Below, piece by piece: positions 20,974 to 31,949 of a stretch of DNA of 64,000 nt. The DNA is from a bacterium (GTDB lineage: Bacteria > Zhuqueibacterota > Zhuqueibacteria > Residuimicrobiales > Krinioviventaceae), in contig CAXXFV010000016.1 in NCBI GenBank assembly GCA_963674595.2, positions 512,001-576,000 on the forward strand. Reading direction: 5' to 3'. A program made the translations under genes and the position numbers. The notes below the pieces were generated by a model that searched no databases, was not told where the DNA came from, and saw only the letters and a program-made list of their open reading frames with translations. Each line of letters opens with the position of its first letter. The stretch's first letter is position 1.

Positions 20974-22954
20974 TTATTTCAAACAATAGTTTACCTGTAA
21001 TGCAACAGATCGTTGCGGTTGCCGATATCTATCCGGCCTTAGATTTGATGTATGATTTGATGTATGATAGTATTCCTCATTTAACATGTTTTTTAAAATG
21101 AGATTAATACTGAAATTTTTATTAATTATAAAAGATGATGTTGCGTGAACAATAAATGCCGCATCGATATATTCCTTGCCTGTAAAGGTTATTGTTTTGT
21201 TATTTTTCCTTTTATCAATATAATTACCCCTGATGGCACAGTGAATTTTATCGTTAAATTTGTATTGTGCACCAATATTAAACTGATGTTTGCTTATTTC
21301 AGGAATTATAACATCATTTTCATCAGTTGTATGATTTAAAGAATAATTAAAATAGAGTTGAGATGACTGTTTTTGATATGTCAGGCAGACCTCAAATCCC
21401 TTTGTATCAAGTTCGCCGTAATTAATCCATCTCCATGAATTTTTCAGTTCTTTCCATATAAACAAATTTTTTAATTTGTTTATATAAACAGAACCGTCAA
21501 GTTTTAAAGAGGATTTCAACATATAAGCAGTATAAAATTCATAGGATGTCATTTCTTCCGGCTCAAGGTCTGAATTTCCAGAGCCGTCTGAATAGTCCCA
21601 CGGCTTGGGTGCCCGAAATGCTTCGGTGTAGAGTAATTTCATTGTCAGGTGATTTTTATTAAAAACAGCAGCCATTCTGGGAGTCAGCACCTGGTCATAA
21701 ACTGAACTGTTGTCAAAGCGCGTGCCGGCATAAAATTGTACCGGTTGAACTGGCTGATATCTGAGTTGACAATATAAACTGGCCAAGGTATTTCGCTCCA
21801 TATCGGGGCTGGAGGGTTTGGGCGGCTTTATGTTCCATGCACCACTGTAGGTATTTGAGTACCCCTGAGCCAGATTTTCATTTTCCAGAACAATGCCTCC
21901 AAGTAGATTCAATTTCTCGATTGGAGCGTAATTGATCAATGTTTCAAATCCGACAAGATTATTGGGACGATAATAACCAACCTGTAAAGTGTCACTGACG
22001 ATCAAGACCGAATTGTCTAATACCGTCGCGTTTCGATAATAAATTCGGGAATTAATGCCGGTATTTTTACTAATTTGAGCGTTATATTTTATAAAAGCGT
22101 TGATAAAGCGAATATTCCAGAGTCCCGTTGTCATGATAGGGAGTACCAACAGACTTGACATAAGTAGCAGATGAAGCCTGTTTGTTGATATAGTTAAAAC
22201 CTGCATAAAGGCCCTGCCATTTAACTCTGGCATCCCAGGTGTAATCTTTTTCATTGGTATCAATATCATCCGACCAGTTATTATCTCCGGCATCTCCGGC
22301 CAGGTCTGCTTTGTCACTTGTTTTGTACATACCGGACAGGCGAACGCCCAGTTTGTTCTTTTCGTCCCAAAATCCATATCCCACATTGGTGTTGATCGTA
22401 TTGAAGGACCCAGCCATAGCTTGAATGTCTAATCCGTTGTTTTTATCAGGAGTTTTGGTAATGATGTTGATAATACCTGAAATCGCATTGGTGCCATACA
22501 AAGATGCCGCCGGTCCATAAACGATTTCGATCTGTTCGACATTAGACAAATTATATTGGGCGCCTCCGTAAAAGCCCCCGGAGTTTAATTCGTTAACCTG
22601 AATACCGTCTATTAATAATAAAATTAAATTATTTTGGCTGGGTACGCCACGCATAAAGACATAACTGTTGTAGCCAATTGTATTTCGAAATTGCATTCCC
22701 GGCAAGTCGGCAAGAGCCTCTTCTAAAGTATGATATCCACAATTTTGTATTTGCTGTGCTGTTATCACTCGTACGGTGGCAGGAACCTGCTTGATCCTTT
22801 GAGGGATTTTTGAGGCAGTAATGATTTGAATGTTGGTGAGTTCTTCCAGGCTTAGATTTAATAACTCATCCAGTGCTTTTTCACTTGCTAATAAAAGATG
22901 TAAAGGATATATCAGTAAAAATAAAATTGTGAGAGGAATTCCAGTTTTTTTCAT
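20974..22954 (-). CDS. TonB-dependent receptor (frameshifted near 22119)
   Basis: LSLEELTNI, plug motifs and IEIVYGPAASLYG in 22082-22954; barrel with EAFRAP and C-terminal strand in the second frame. Confidence 0.85.
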
Positions 22955-23387
22955 TTTAACTGTCCTTATTAAGGCTTGCTTTTAATATTGTTAAAAACAA
23001 AATTTATCGAATGCCTTGAATAGATATTTTAACTTGCCGCCATTAACGTAAATCCTGTAGTAAAAGAGAGTTTTATCCCGTTAATAAAATTTAAAATAAT
23101 ATGCCGACTGGTAAGCTTTCCAGGTGTTACATATATAATTTAGTAATTATTGTATCGGGATTAATAGAATTTTTGAAAATTGTTAAATATCATCTATTTA
23201 TAAAAATATATCCAATTTACAGGACACTTCAAACATAAATATGCATTATATTTAAAAAACATTTAGACAAGGTTTTTTGGTTTTCTCTGATATTAATTTT
23301 TTTTGTTGTTCAGGTACTAATATCAGATCAATACTGTCTGAAAAAACTAATGATATTAATATATACTAAATTTTGCAAGATTTGCTT

Positions 23388-24635
23388 TCAAGAAAAATTT
23401 CTTAATGCCCGCCTGAGCATGTCTGATACTTTTTCAACAGCGCCGGGTACCGGGTCCGAAAGTATGGGTAAAAAGACAAGATTGTTAAACCTCTCTTCTG
23501 TTTTTGGGAAATCACCTTCATGGTATCCGGAATAGTCTCCGCAAAGCGGACCCCGGTTTTGGGTAAACATGTCAAAACCGTTTGCAAATAACGGCAATCG
23601 ATGTAAAAGTGTATAAGGGCTGGACGATGCAGCAAGCCCTTCATTACGAATCGCCTCGATTAATTGCGCCGTTGACAGCCCGTTATGGACTTTGGGATCG
23701 TGTAAAACAGGAAAGGCATAGAAACCGCCACGTTCCGCTTTTAGATAAACTTTGACCGGAGATAGCCCGGGAATTGTCTCTAATGCCTTTTCGACTCCTT
23801 CGACGTACATTTTTCTGCGTTCGTTAAGCGCCTTTAATTTGTCGAACTGGATGTTTGCAATACCAATACCCAAAGGATGGGCACGAAACTTCATGCCTAA
23901 TCCAAGCGGCTGCAATTCCGTATATTTTCTGGTCACCAGATCAAGACCCCCCATACGATTGACCTGTCCTGCCAGACAAGCCCGTTCAAAGATTTCAGGA
24001 TCATTTGTTGCCAGCATTCCACCTTCACCGGCGCTTACGGGCTTGCTGCCTTGAAGGCTCCATGCCCCAACATGCCCAATGGACCCCACGATTCTATTAT
24101 CATACATTGCTCCATGAGCATGAGAACAATCCTCAAGTATTGGCACTCCTGTTTCCTGACTGATTGCCATAATTTTATCCATATCGCAGACATTACCCCA
24201 TAAATGTACAACAACAATGGCTTTTGTTTTATCCGTAATTTTTCTTTTTATATCTTCGGGGTCAATCTGAAGCGTTTGCGGGTCGCTTTCTACAAAAACA
24301 GGGCGCGCTCCAAGAAACAGGGCCGGAGCAATGGTGCATATCCATGTATAAGCAGGACAAATAACCTCGTCACCCGGTCCCACTCCCAGTCCGAAATAAG
24401 CACAATAAAGAGCTGAACTTCCGTTCATGGTTGTGATTGAATAAGAAAGACCTGTCCAGTCACGCCATTTTTGTTCAAACTCCCGAACGACGGGCGTTCC
24501 CCCGGAAAGTTCGTTTTTTAACGTCATATCATAAACAAGTTGTGCTTCATCTTTGGTGATTTGCTGCCATTGATCCAGATCAGGTTGTTCCGGAAAGGCT
24601 GTTTGAATAAAAATGGGGAATTCTTGTTTTTTCAT
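23388..24635 (-). CDS. DegT/DnrJ/EryC1/StrS family PLP aminotransferase
   Basis: GVGPGDEVI, VVHLWG, EDCSHAHGA, SLQGSKPVSAGEGG. Confidence 0.9.
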   Translation of the reverse strand: MKKQEFPIFIQTAFPEQPDLDQWQQITKDEAQLVYDMTLKNELSGGTPVVREFEQKWRDWTGLSYSITTMNGSSALYCAYFGLGVGPGDEVICPAYTWICTIAPALFLGARPVFVESDPQTLQIDPEDIKRKITDKTKAIVVVHLWGNVCDMDKIMAISQETGVPILEDCSHAHGAMYDNRIVGSIGHVGAWSLQGSKPVSAGEGGMLATNDPEIFERACLAGQVNRMGGLDLVTRKYTELQPLGLGMKFRAHPLGIGIANIQFDKLKALNERRKMYVEGVEKALETIPGLSPVKVYLKAERGGFYAFPVLHDPKVHNGLSTAQLIEAIRNEGLAASSSPYTLLHRLPLFANGFDMFTQNRGPLCGDYSGYHEGDFPKTEERFNNLVFLPILSDPVPGAVEKVSDMLRRALRNFS

Positions 24636-24676
24636 CGGAAAATATCTCCTGTGTTGGACTCGTGCTCGAGTTAAAA

Positions 24677-25678
24677 TTATGTCGTTTCTCTTTGGACAAG
24701 GTTCGGTTCCAATATTATAGAATTTTTGTTTTTATTTTTCTCTTCAATTTCCTGAATTAAAATTTTTGCAGCCATTTCACCAATTTCAATCTTTTTCTGA
24801 CGAACGGTCGTCAAAGGTGGTTTGAAATATTCGGTTATCTCTATATCATCGTAACCAACCACCGCCATATCCCGGGGAATGACAAGACCCTTGTCTAAAA
24901 CGGCTTTGCAAACACCAATGGCCATTACATCATCATAGGTGTATATAGCTGTTATTTTTTTATTATTCTGTAAAATCTGTTGGGCTGTGAGGTAAGCGGC
25001 ATTGGCGCTGTCATCACATTGGTAAATTTGAACCGAGTCCTCCGGTAAACCATGTTTTTGAACGGCGGATATACAACCGTTAATTCTTTCTTTAATATTT
25101 GGTGATTCAGAGTTTCGCGCCAGATATGCAATCTTTTGATGCCCTTTTTGAATTAAATGGTCCACGGCCAATAAAGAACCTTTTTCGTGATCTGTTTTTA
25201 CAAAACTGCAGTCCAATTCATCCAGTTTGCGGTTCCACAACACAAATGGCACCGGACATGTTTTGAGTTCGTTAATATAACGATCGTTGATGTTTTCCGG
25301 CTGTAGCAGCAAACCATCAACACGTTTGCCGATTAATGTCTTTAGGGCCGTAATTTCAGTATCTGCATTACGGTTTTGGTAGGGTAACACCGAGAGGATG
25401 ATTTCGTACCCGGCTTGCAGGGTGCTAATATTGCATCCTTCGAGAATTTCTCCGTAATAAGGGTCGCGGATATCCGGAACAATAATGCCGATTGTTTTGG
25501 TTGATTTTGCCCGAAGATTTTTTGCAATAATGTTTTGTGTATAACCCATTTGTGCAGCAATATCCAGAATTTTCTGTCTGGTCTCCGGTGTGATGTCCGG
25601 TTTATCGTTAATCGCCCGGGAAACCGTTACGACCGAAACCCCGGCGGCATACGCCACATCTTTAATTGTCACGTTCAT
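24677..25678 (-). CDS. LacI family transcriptional regulator
   Basis: TIKDVAYAAGVSVVTVSRAIN; VVGYDD; PPLTTVRQ. Confidence 0.92.
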   Translation of the reverse strand: MNVTIKDVAYAAGVSVVTVSRAINDKPDITPETRQKILDIAAQMGYTQNIIAKNLRAKSTKTIGIIVPDIRDPYYGEILEGCNISTLQAGYEIILSVLPYQNRNADTEITALKTLIGKRVDGLLLQPENINDRYINELKTCPVPFVLWNRKLDELDCSFVKTDHEKGSLLAVDHLIQKGHQKIAYLARNSESPNIKERINGCISAVQKHGLPEDSVQIYQCDDSANAAYLTAQQILQNNKKITAIYTYDDVMAIGVCKAVLDKGLVIPRDMAVVGYDDIEITEYFKPPLTTVRQKKIEIGEMAAKILIQEIEEKNKNKNSIILEPNLVQRETT

Positions 25679-25734
25679 GGATGCTCCTGTGGGCCAAGCC
25701 ATTTGAATGAAGAAAAAGAATTTACAATTTTAAA

Positions 25735-25764
25735 AATGAAAACGTTTACGTAAACGTTTTCATT
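25735..25764. promoter_or_regulatory. Perfect 30-bp palindrome made of two tandem LacI-type operators, just downstream of a TTGACA..TAATTT promoter
   Basis: AATGAAAACGTTTAC|GTAAACGTTTTCATT; minus-strand -35 at 25792-25787. Confidence 0.75.
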
Positions 25765-25902
25765 AAATTAGCAAAAAGTTTAAAAGTGTCAAGAAGATTT
25801 TTATGAAAAGGACTTTTATTCTAGTTTTTTAGAATATGATAATCTATAGGTTATTGAGGAACAGCCCCATTTTGATTGTTAAAACAGAAATCATGTGTTT
25901 AG

Positions 25903-26838
25903 CTAATTGTTCGATTTTTTATCATTATAAATTTTTTGTATCCAAACAATAGCTGCTGTGGGGACCAGTTCATGTCCCCCGTCAAAGATGGTGATCGTTG
26001 CATTACCGGAGGACCGGCGAAATAATGGTCTCTTTTCGCCATAACTGGAATCGATAATGGTTTGCTGCAAATGTTCCGGCACCTGCATTTTTTCGACAAA
26101 AAAATCAATGTCTTTTTGTGAAATTTGGTCCTGTGGTTCGGCAACTTTATTAAAAGCTAATAGTGAATGACTGACCGGAACACTGCCTGTATGCCCGTCT
26201 GTAATTCCGGCATTAATATGCAGGTCCAGGCCTTTGGCGTTTTCAAGATAAGTAAGGGGAGAGCGTATCCGGTACTGTTCGTCAACAGCATCACTTTCTC
26301 CGGGTGCGCCGCCGCAGGATTTGACAAGGTCATCACAGTATCGCCCCTGTTCATACCACGCTTTCAGATCGGACACAGGGACCCAGGCAGATACCCCGGT
26401 CCACAGTTCCGGATGACGACCGGCCATCACCAGGGCCGTATAACCGCCGCCGGAGGTACCGACCAGAAAAACCGAGGACGTGTCGATTTTGGTCTTCTTT
26501 TTCGCATAATCTACCGCAGAAACAATATCTTTAACCACCAGTTCCGAACCGGTAGCTTCAGGACGATTATTGGGTCCTCTGAAATTCGGATGAATATAGG
26601 CCCAGTCGTTTTCAATGCACCATTGTTCAATTTCTTTATGAAAATCCTGTTTATAATCATAGGACCAGGTATGCAGCGCAACGATTAACGGTACGGCCGC
26701 CTTGGTTTTAGGAGCATAAAACATGGCCGGCTGTTTTGTATTATCGGCACAACTGTGATATTTAATTTCTTTCGCTTCTTTTGATTGGGCCCCGGCCGTG
26801 GTTGCGGCTAATAATAGGGTCAACAGGGTTTTTCGCAT
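25903..26838 (-). CDS. Secreted alpha/beta serine hydrolase (prolyl-oligopeptidase-like/esterase)
   Basis: Signal peptide; ALHTWS; GTSGGG; DGGHEL. Confidence 0.8.
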   Translation of the reverse strand: MRKTLLTLLLAATTAGAQSKEAKEIKYHSCADNTKQPAMFYAPKTKAAVPLIVALHTWSYDYKQDFHKEIEQWCIENDWAYIHPNFRGPNNRPEATGSELVVKDIVSAVDYAKKKTKIDTSSVFLVGTSGGGYTALVMAGRHPELWTGVSAWVPVSDLKAWYEQGRYCDDLVKSCGGAPGESDAVDEQYRIRSPLTYLENAKGLDLHINAGITDGHTGSVPVSHSLLAFNKVAEPQDQISQKDIDFFVEKMQVPEHLQQTIIDSSYGEKRPLFRRSSGNATITIFDGGHELVPTAAIVWIQKIYNDKKSNN

Positions 26839-27012
26839 TATAACGGGTCTCTAAATTTTGTGTCCGGAAATTTGAAAAATTATTTAGAATGTGTTGTTCT
26901 ATTTACAAAAAATTTTATAAAGAAACATTAAAATTTTGATTTAAATCAAGTATTACACAACAAGCCCGTTTACAAAAGATGTGAAGAAAGTAATTTCTGA
27001 TAGTTCAAGACA

Positions 27013-28440
27013 CTATTTTTGAAAAATTAATTTTTTCGTTTCTGAAAAATCCTCGGTTTGTATTCTGTAAAAATAGATTCCACTTGAAAGTCCTGAGGCA
27101 TTCCAGGTTATACTAAAATTTCCGGCTGATTTATACTCTTCCATTAACGTAATAACCTTTTGCCCGGTAATGTTGTATATTTTTAAACTGACAAACGATG
27201 ACCTGGGCAAGCTAAACCGGATTTTTGTTGTTGTATTAAAAGGATTCGGATAATTTTGTTCAAGATAATGTTTATCCGCTACTGTGTTTTCATTGATTAC
27301 GAGGTTTGTCGAGTTATCAAATGGAATTATTAAAGTGGGATCTCCTAACAGTGTGAATCTTTTCATGACGCTTTCTTCAGATTCATTCTCATTTTCAAGT
27401 TCACATTTTGTTTGTAAAAAAGCCTCACCAATTGTAGAATTTGGATTACCAAGAATATTGGAGTGAAAAGATTTTAAAAAGACTGAACCTGGTGTCAGGT
27501 AATTAAGCCCCGAAGAGCAGATTATTGCCACAGCACCCTTTTGGTCAAATGAAATTAGTTTTTCAACAACGCTTTGTTGTAAAGGATCATCGAAATTTTG
27601 ATTACATGCAACAGCCGTCAAAATAAAAGGTTGTGTGTTGTTTAAAAGAGAATCAATCGTATGATATTGCATAATATGATATTTCGACCAGACTAGTGGA
27701 TTTCCATGCCCGCAGTAGGAAAAAAACAAAACATTATTATTCAGTCGTGTGAAAATATCTTGTTCTGTTCCGTAATATTCTGATTCCTCTCTCAGGTCAA
27801 TTCTTGTATAGCTATCCTCTGATAAATGTAGATTTTCTATATAGCTTTCGGTGACAGATTCAAAAATATTATTTTCTCCGGATAAAGTATCATGGTCCGT
27901 AACAAATAAAAATTGTTTTTTATAGGAATCATATTCTTCGAATTGGATTGTTTTGTTGATCATGTTGACCAATTCGTTTTCATTTCTTGCAGGAAATCTT
28001 CCTAAAGCAATGTCCGGCCTGTTATCATTATCATAGTTATTTACTGCAAACCATTCATCAAATGAAATGATTAAGGAATCAAATTTCGTTATAATTTGAC
28101 AAGAAGGAATATAATTAATGCCACCGGCGAGTAAACAATATTTGGGCGGTGTCTGCCAGTATTGTATGGCATAACTGATAAAATTTTTGATGGAATTTGT
28201 TTCTGATAAACTATCCGGAAATTCGACATATATAGAGTCGAGAATGATGTTTGTTGTGTTTATATATCGTGCGTTTTTATAATTTACATAGTCTGCCAAC
28301 TCATCCGCAAACTCTGCCGGACTGATAACGATATAGTCTGCGTTATTATTTGGGTCTTTTAATTTGCCAAATAATGAGTGGATGAATATTAAATTGCTTA
28401 TTGTAACTATTATGAGTGATGCCGTGAATTTTAATTTCAT
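27013..28440 (-). CDS. C25 (gingipain-like) cysteine peptidase with FlgD/T9SS-A-type C-terminal domain
   Basis: DYIVIS, DIALGRFP, YCGHG (His), VAC (Cys), LLGDP; QNYPNPFN. Confidence 0.85.
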   Translation of the reverse strand: MKLKFTASLIIVTISNLIFIHSLFGKLKDPNNNADYIVISPAEFADELADYVNYKNARYINTTNIILDSIYVEFPDSLSETNSIKNFISYAIQYWQTPPKYCLLAGGINYIPSCQIITKFDSLIISFDEWFAVNNYDNDNRPDIALGRFPARNENELVNMINKTIQFEEYDSYKKQFLFVTDHDTLSGENNIFESVTESYIENLHLSEDSYTRIDLREESEYYGTEQDIFTRLNNNVLFFSYCGHGNPLVWSKYHIMQYHTIDSLLNNTQPFILTAVACNQNFDDPLQQSVVEKLISFDQKGAVAIICSSGLNYLTPGSVFLKSFHSNILGNPNSTIGEAFLQTKCELENENESEESVMKRFTLLGDPTLIIPFDNSTNLVINENTVADKHYLEQNYPNPFNTTTKIRFSLPRSSFVSLKIYNITGQKVITLMEEYKSAGNFSITWNASGLSSGIYFYRIQTEDFSETKKLIFQK

Positions 28441-28502
28441 AACTCATACACCTTTTTAATGTGTTGTTTGATAAAATTAATGATAAAAAGTAATTGTCAA
28501 AC

Positions 28503-29303
28503 CTATTGTCCGTGTACATAAATACCTTTGTCCGTATGGACCCAGGAATTTTCTTTTTTTATATATTCATTCATATAGTATGTAAAATTTCCTAATAACG
28601 ATGAGGTAATGGCTTTTGAGTTATCTTTGTTTATTTTAATCCGTGTGAGCTTTGGTATTGAATGAATGATCCATTTGTTTGGTGATTCCGTTCTTCCACT
28701 GGTCACACGAATATAGGGCTTTAGAAGGGATTCTTTTTTTTTAGCTATATTATAATTCGGGCTGTATAAAAACCTGATCAAGATGTCATTATATTTTTGA
28801 TCCAGATACAGAATTTTATGTTGGTCCAAATTTTTAATTGGATATATATTTATAAGTGTTTCTGACTTTAATGTTTTATGTATTGTTGAATTGGAATAGA
28901 TTGGAAAATTTATTTCATTTACTTTTTCAACGACAACTTGATTAGGTAGAATAAAGTATTTACTGTTACGGCTTGATGTGTAAAGTTTAGGGTCAATAAG
29001 CGTAGAGTCCGTCATATCAATGTGATGATAAAAAGCTTTGTATATTTGCAGACCATCGTCATTACTGGAAGCTATGTTTTTATTATGGATTTCCCATGTT
29101 TGAAAGAATTCATCTAAATATGTTTTTCTATTCTCATTGTCTTTTAAGGCATGCCATAACAATTTTTCTTCTTCATATTCAGGTATTGTTGAAATAAAAT
29201 CTTTATCAAACGTTTTGCGAAAAGGATCATATTCGGAAAATGGAATACAATCGGTTAATGCTAAAAACAGAATTAGAAATGTTTGAGATAATTTCGATTT
29301 CAT
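28503..29303 (-). CDS. Hypothetical exported protein/lipoprotein
   Basis: N-terminal hydrophobic stretch followed by Cys. Confidence 0.6.
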   Translation of the reverse strand: MKSKLSQTFLILFLALTDCIPFSEYDPFRKTFDKDFISTIPEYEEEKLLWHALKDNENRKTYLDEFFQTWEIHNKNIASSNDDGLQIYKAFYHHIDMTDSTLIDPKLYTSSRNSKYFILPNQVVVEKVNEINFPIYSNSTIHKTLKSETLINIYPIKNLDQHKILYLDQKYNDILIRFLYSPNYNIAKKKESLLKPYIRVTSGRTESPNKWIIHSIPKLTRIKINKDNSKAITSSLLGNFTYYMNEYIKKENSWVHTDKGIYVHGQ

Positions 29304-29311
29304 AATTTTAT

Positions 29312-29872
29312 TCATTCCGTCCATTGACATATATTAACCATATCATCAATATAATTTTCCAACTCGCATAGCTGATTAAATGATTTGGAATGTATTGGAG
29401 CGCTGTTGACAAAAATTTCCGTACAACATCCGAAATAGTGTTCAATGACATCAGATTTGTTATTTGTTTTGAGAGATATAATTACTGTGGAATTATCTGT
29501 CGCCCAAACAGCACAACTGTTTTCATCTTTATATCTCGATTTTAGCGAAAAAAAGTCATGTTCCATAAATTTGTCAACAATTTTTTTTACGTCATTTGCG
29601 GGAATATGGGAGATAATTCGTTTTTTCTTTTTAACATAGATTCTGCCTTCATAAATAACTGTACCATCACCATAAACGAGTAACCGATAGGATGGACAAG
29701 GCCCATAACACATAGTGCGCTCTAATGTGACGACAGTATCCTGATAGGCTGCATAAAATGCATCATATTTTTTTGAATAGGATTTATAATAACAACTGTT
29801 GGAAAATAGTGCAAAAATATTTAACAACATCAGTATAATTAAAACAGGAATATGATCTTGAATCCGATGCAA
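29312..29872 (-). CDS. DUF6438-like exported protein (start uncertain)
   Basis: TLERTMCYGPCPSYRLLVYGDGTVIYEG motif. Confidence 0.7.
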   Translation of the reverse strand: MHRIQDHIPVLIILMLLNIFALFSNSCYYKSYSKKYDAFYAAYQDTVVTLERTMCYGPCPSYRLLVYGDGTVIYEGRIYVKKKKRIISHIPANDVKKIVDKFMEHDFFSLKSRYKDENSCAVWATDNSTVIISLKTNNKSDVIEHYFGCCTEIFVNSAPIHSKSFNQLCELENYIDDMVNICQWTE

Positions 29873-30048
29873 TCTCTTCCTCGTATAGTAAAATCCCGTA
29901 TTTGAGAATGGAAATCCAGCCAAAAAATTATCAGAAACGCCCGGAATTACTCATTTGTTCTGAAAAATAAACCGTTATGGCTGGTAACAGAATAATACAA
30001 ATTATCTGAAACCAGCGCAAGAGCTTTTTTGTAAAATGGGTAAGGACA

Positions 30049-30621
30049 TTACCGGCAGGATTTTTTTATGTACTTTTTTAGCCTCTGCATAAATTTTATA
30101 GATTCTTTTTTCGCCTTGTTGGTATAAATATTTTTTAGGATTGAGGAGGTTAACGTACATTCCTGAAAATATTCGACCGTATACCCTGTTGAATCACCGT
30201 TGATCGAATAATATCCGGATGAAGACAGCATTTTGGGTAATAAACCGGTGTTCTGTTCAAAAGAAATTATTTCAAACAGGATTTTTTGATGATTTGATTG
30301 TAATGTCTTTCGGTAAACGGATTTGTTTGTGAATAAAAGTGTTGAAAAGGTATATTCAACATCATACCAATTCTCTCCCTGTTGAACCAGGGTGATGGAT
30401 TTGGCATTTGGAATGATGTTTTTCAGATGTTTAAAATCGTATAAAACGTCGAAGAGACAGTCCAATTCAGTGTTAATATCAAACCGTCCGAGAAATGAAT
30501 AGCAACTGTCAGCATGATTGAATTCATAATGTATGCCTTTACTCGTTCCACTTTCAGCCAGGAGAGGAAGAGGGTGATTGATAAAGAATAACAAAAGAAT
30601 AAATAACGAAAAGAAACGCAC
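30049..30621 (-). CDS. Exported SRPBCC/START-like protein
   Basis: GTG start with GGGAAGG RBS; signal peptide; CLFDVLYDFKHL pattern. Confidence 0.55.
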   Translation of the reverse strand: MRFFSLFILLLFFINHPLPLLAESGTSKGIHYEFNHADSCYSFLGRFDINTELDCLFDVLYDFKHLKNIIPNAKSITLVQQGENWYDVEYTFSTLLFTNKSVYRKTLQSNHQKILFEIISFEQNTGLLPKMLSSSGYYSINGDSTGYTVEYFQECTLTSSILKNIYTNKAKKESIKFMQRLKKYIKKSCR

Positions 30622-30653
30622 TTGATAACCTTCCCTTTTTGGATATTTATATT

Positions 30654-31949
30654 TCAAACAGACACTTTTTGCGGCCATGGTTGGCGGCGTGATTCGGTCC
30701 ACAATGTGTTCACATATCGCAATGCAAAATAGTTTTGTGCAAGGTGAAGCCAGAAAGAGCCGGAATCGGTCAATTCTATACTTCCGTTTTTGCGGGCAAC
30801 AAGGCCCAATCTTTCGATCCGATTCAACCACCGGCGGGCTTTGGCTGCATCGGTTCCGAGGGTTGTATCGAAATCGTCCATAGGAATCCGTGTGTCATAT
30901 AAACGCCAATAGAGCCACCACCAGCCTGATAGTTCACCTTTGAAAGGCATTCGCAGGGCAATGGCCGAGGTTTTTTTATGGGTTGCCTTTATGTAACTAT
31001 CCAGATCAAATGTATTCAGTACAAATCCGTCGCTAAGGTGTGATCCGGCGCCGGGACCGATCCCGATATAGCCGTCTCTGGTAATCGACGAGTAACGGGG
31101 GACAGCGCCCTGTTTAAAACCCCAAACAGATACCCGTTTGAATTCATGCTCATTACACCATTTGTTGATGGTTTGATAATGTGCCCGGCGTGTTCGCAGA
31201 TTCGGCATTTTTACTGAATTCAGACGCAGGTACTTTCCCACGGATGTGTAAGGGAATGTAAATAGGGGATAGGTGGTGAGCTGGTTCGCTCCCAGTTGTA
31301 CGGCCCGAGCCAGGTCTGTTGTTACACTGTCGGTATTCTGCCCCGGCAATGCAAACATAATATCCGCATTAACGGAAGTGAAATTACTCTTTGTCAATAA
31401 TTCCAGCGCATGCTCTGCGAGAGAAGGATCGTAATTTCGTCCTATCAACCTGAGATTTTCCGGTTGAAATGACTGCACACCAAGGGATACGAGTGAGACA
31501 TCTGCATCGTGCAGTTGCTGGACCGTCTTTTTATTAACATCAGCAGGATTCGTTTCTATGCAAATATCGCCGGTCAAACGAAAACGTTTTCGTATATGCT
31601 CAAGTACGGCGTCAACACTTTCTAAAGCAAGTGTTGGTGTGCCGCCGCCAATATAGATGCTTGTCACTTTTGCCGGACCGATTTTATCCGCCCACCAGTC
31701 TATCTCAGCCAGCGCTGCCCGTGTATAGGGATCGACCCGTGTTTTGTCATAGGGCACTTTGGTGTAAGGGCAATAGGGACAAACATTACGACAAAAGGGC
31801 ACATGTAAATACAGGGAGGTGCGCTCAATATGCGGTGGCTGCCAATTTTGGGGAGGACGTTCAAAAATCCATTGCTGTTCCGGACCAACAAAGTAACGAC
31901 GCACGTTTTGTGTTACAAAGCGTGAAAAATGTTGTCCAAAACTGCTCAC
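30654..31949 (-). CDS. HemN/HemW-like radical SAM protein
   Basis: LYLHVPFCRNVCPYC; YIGGGTPT; SLGVQSF; YIGIGPGA. Confidence 0.88.
   Translation of the reverse strand: MSSFGQHFSRFVTQNVRRYFVGPEQQWIFERPPQNWQPPHIERTSLYLHVPFCRNVCPYCPYTKVPYDKTRVDPYTRAALAEIDWWADKIGPAKVTSIYIGGGTPTLALESVDAVLEHIRKRFRLTGDICIETNPADVNKKTVQQLHDADVSLVSLGVQSFQPENLRLIGRNYDPSLAEHALELLTKSNFTSVNADIMFALPGQNTDSVTTDLARAVQLGANQLTTYPLFTFPYTSVGKYLRLNSVKMPNLRTRRAHYQTINKWCNEHEFKRVSVWGFKQGAVPRYSSITRDGYIGIGPGAGSHLSDGFVLNTFDLDSYIKATHKKTSAIALRMPFKGELSGWWWLYWRLYDTRIPMDDFDTTLGTDAAKARRWLNRIERLGLVARKNGSIELTDSGSFWLHLAQNYFALRYVNTLWTESRRQPWPQKVSV

Noticed and set aside
26167-26688. 173-aa plus-strand ORF and similar antisense ORFs throughout the window
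   Set aside because: Shadow frames opposite well-supported genes, with no recognisable motifs.
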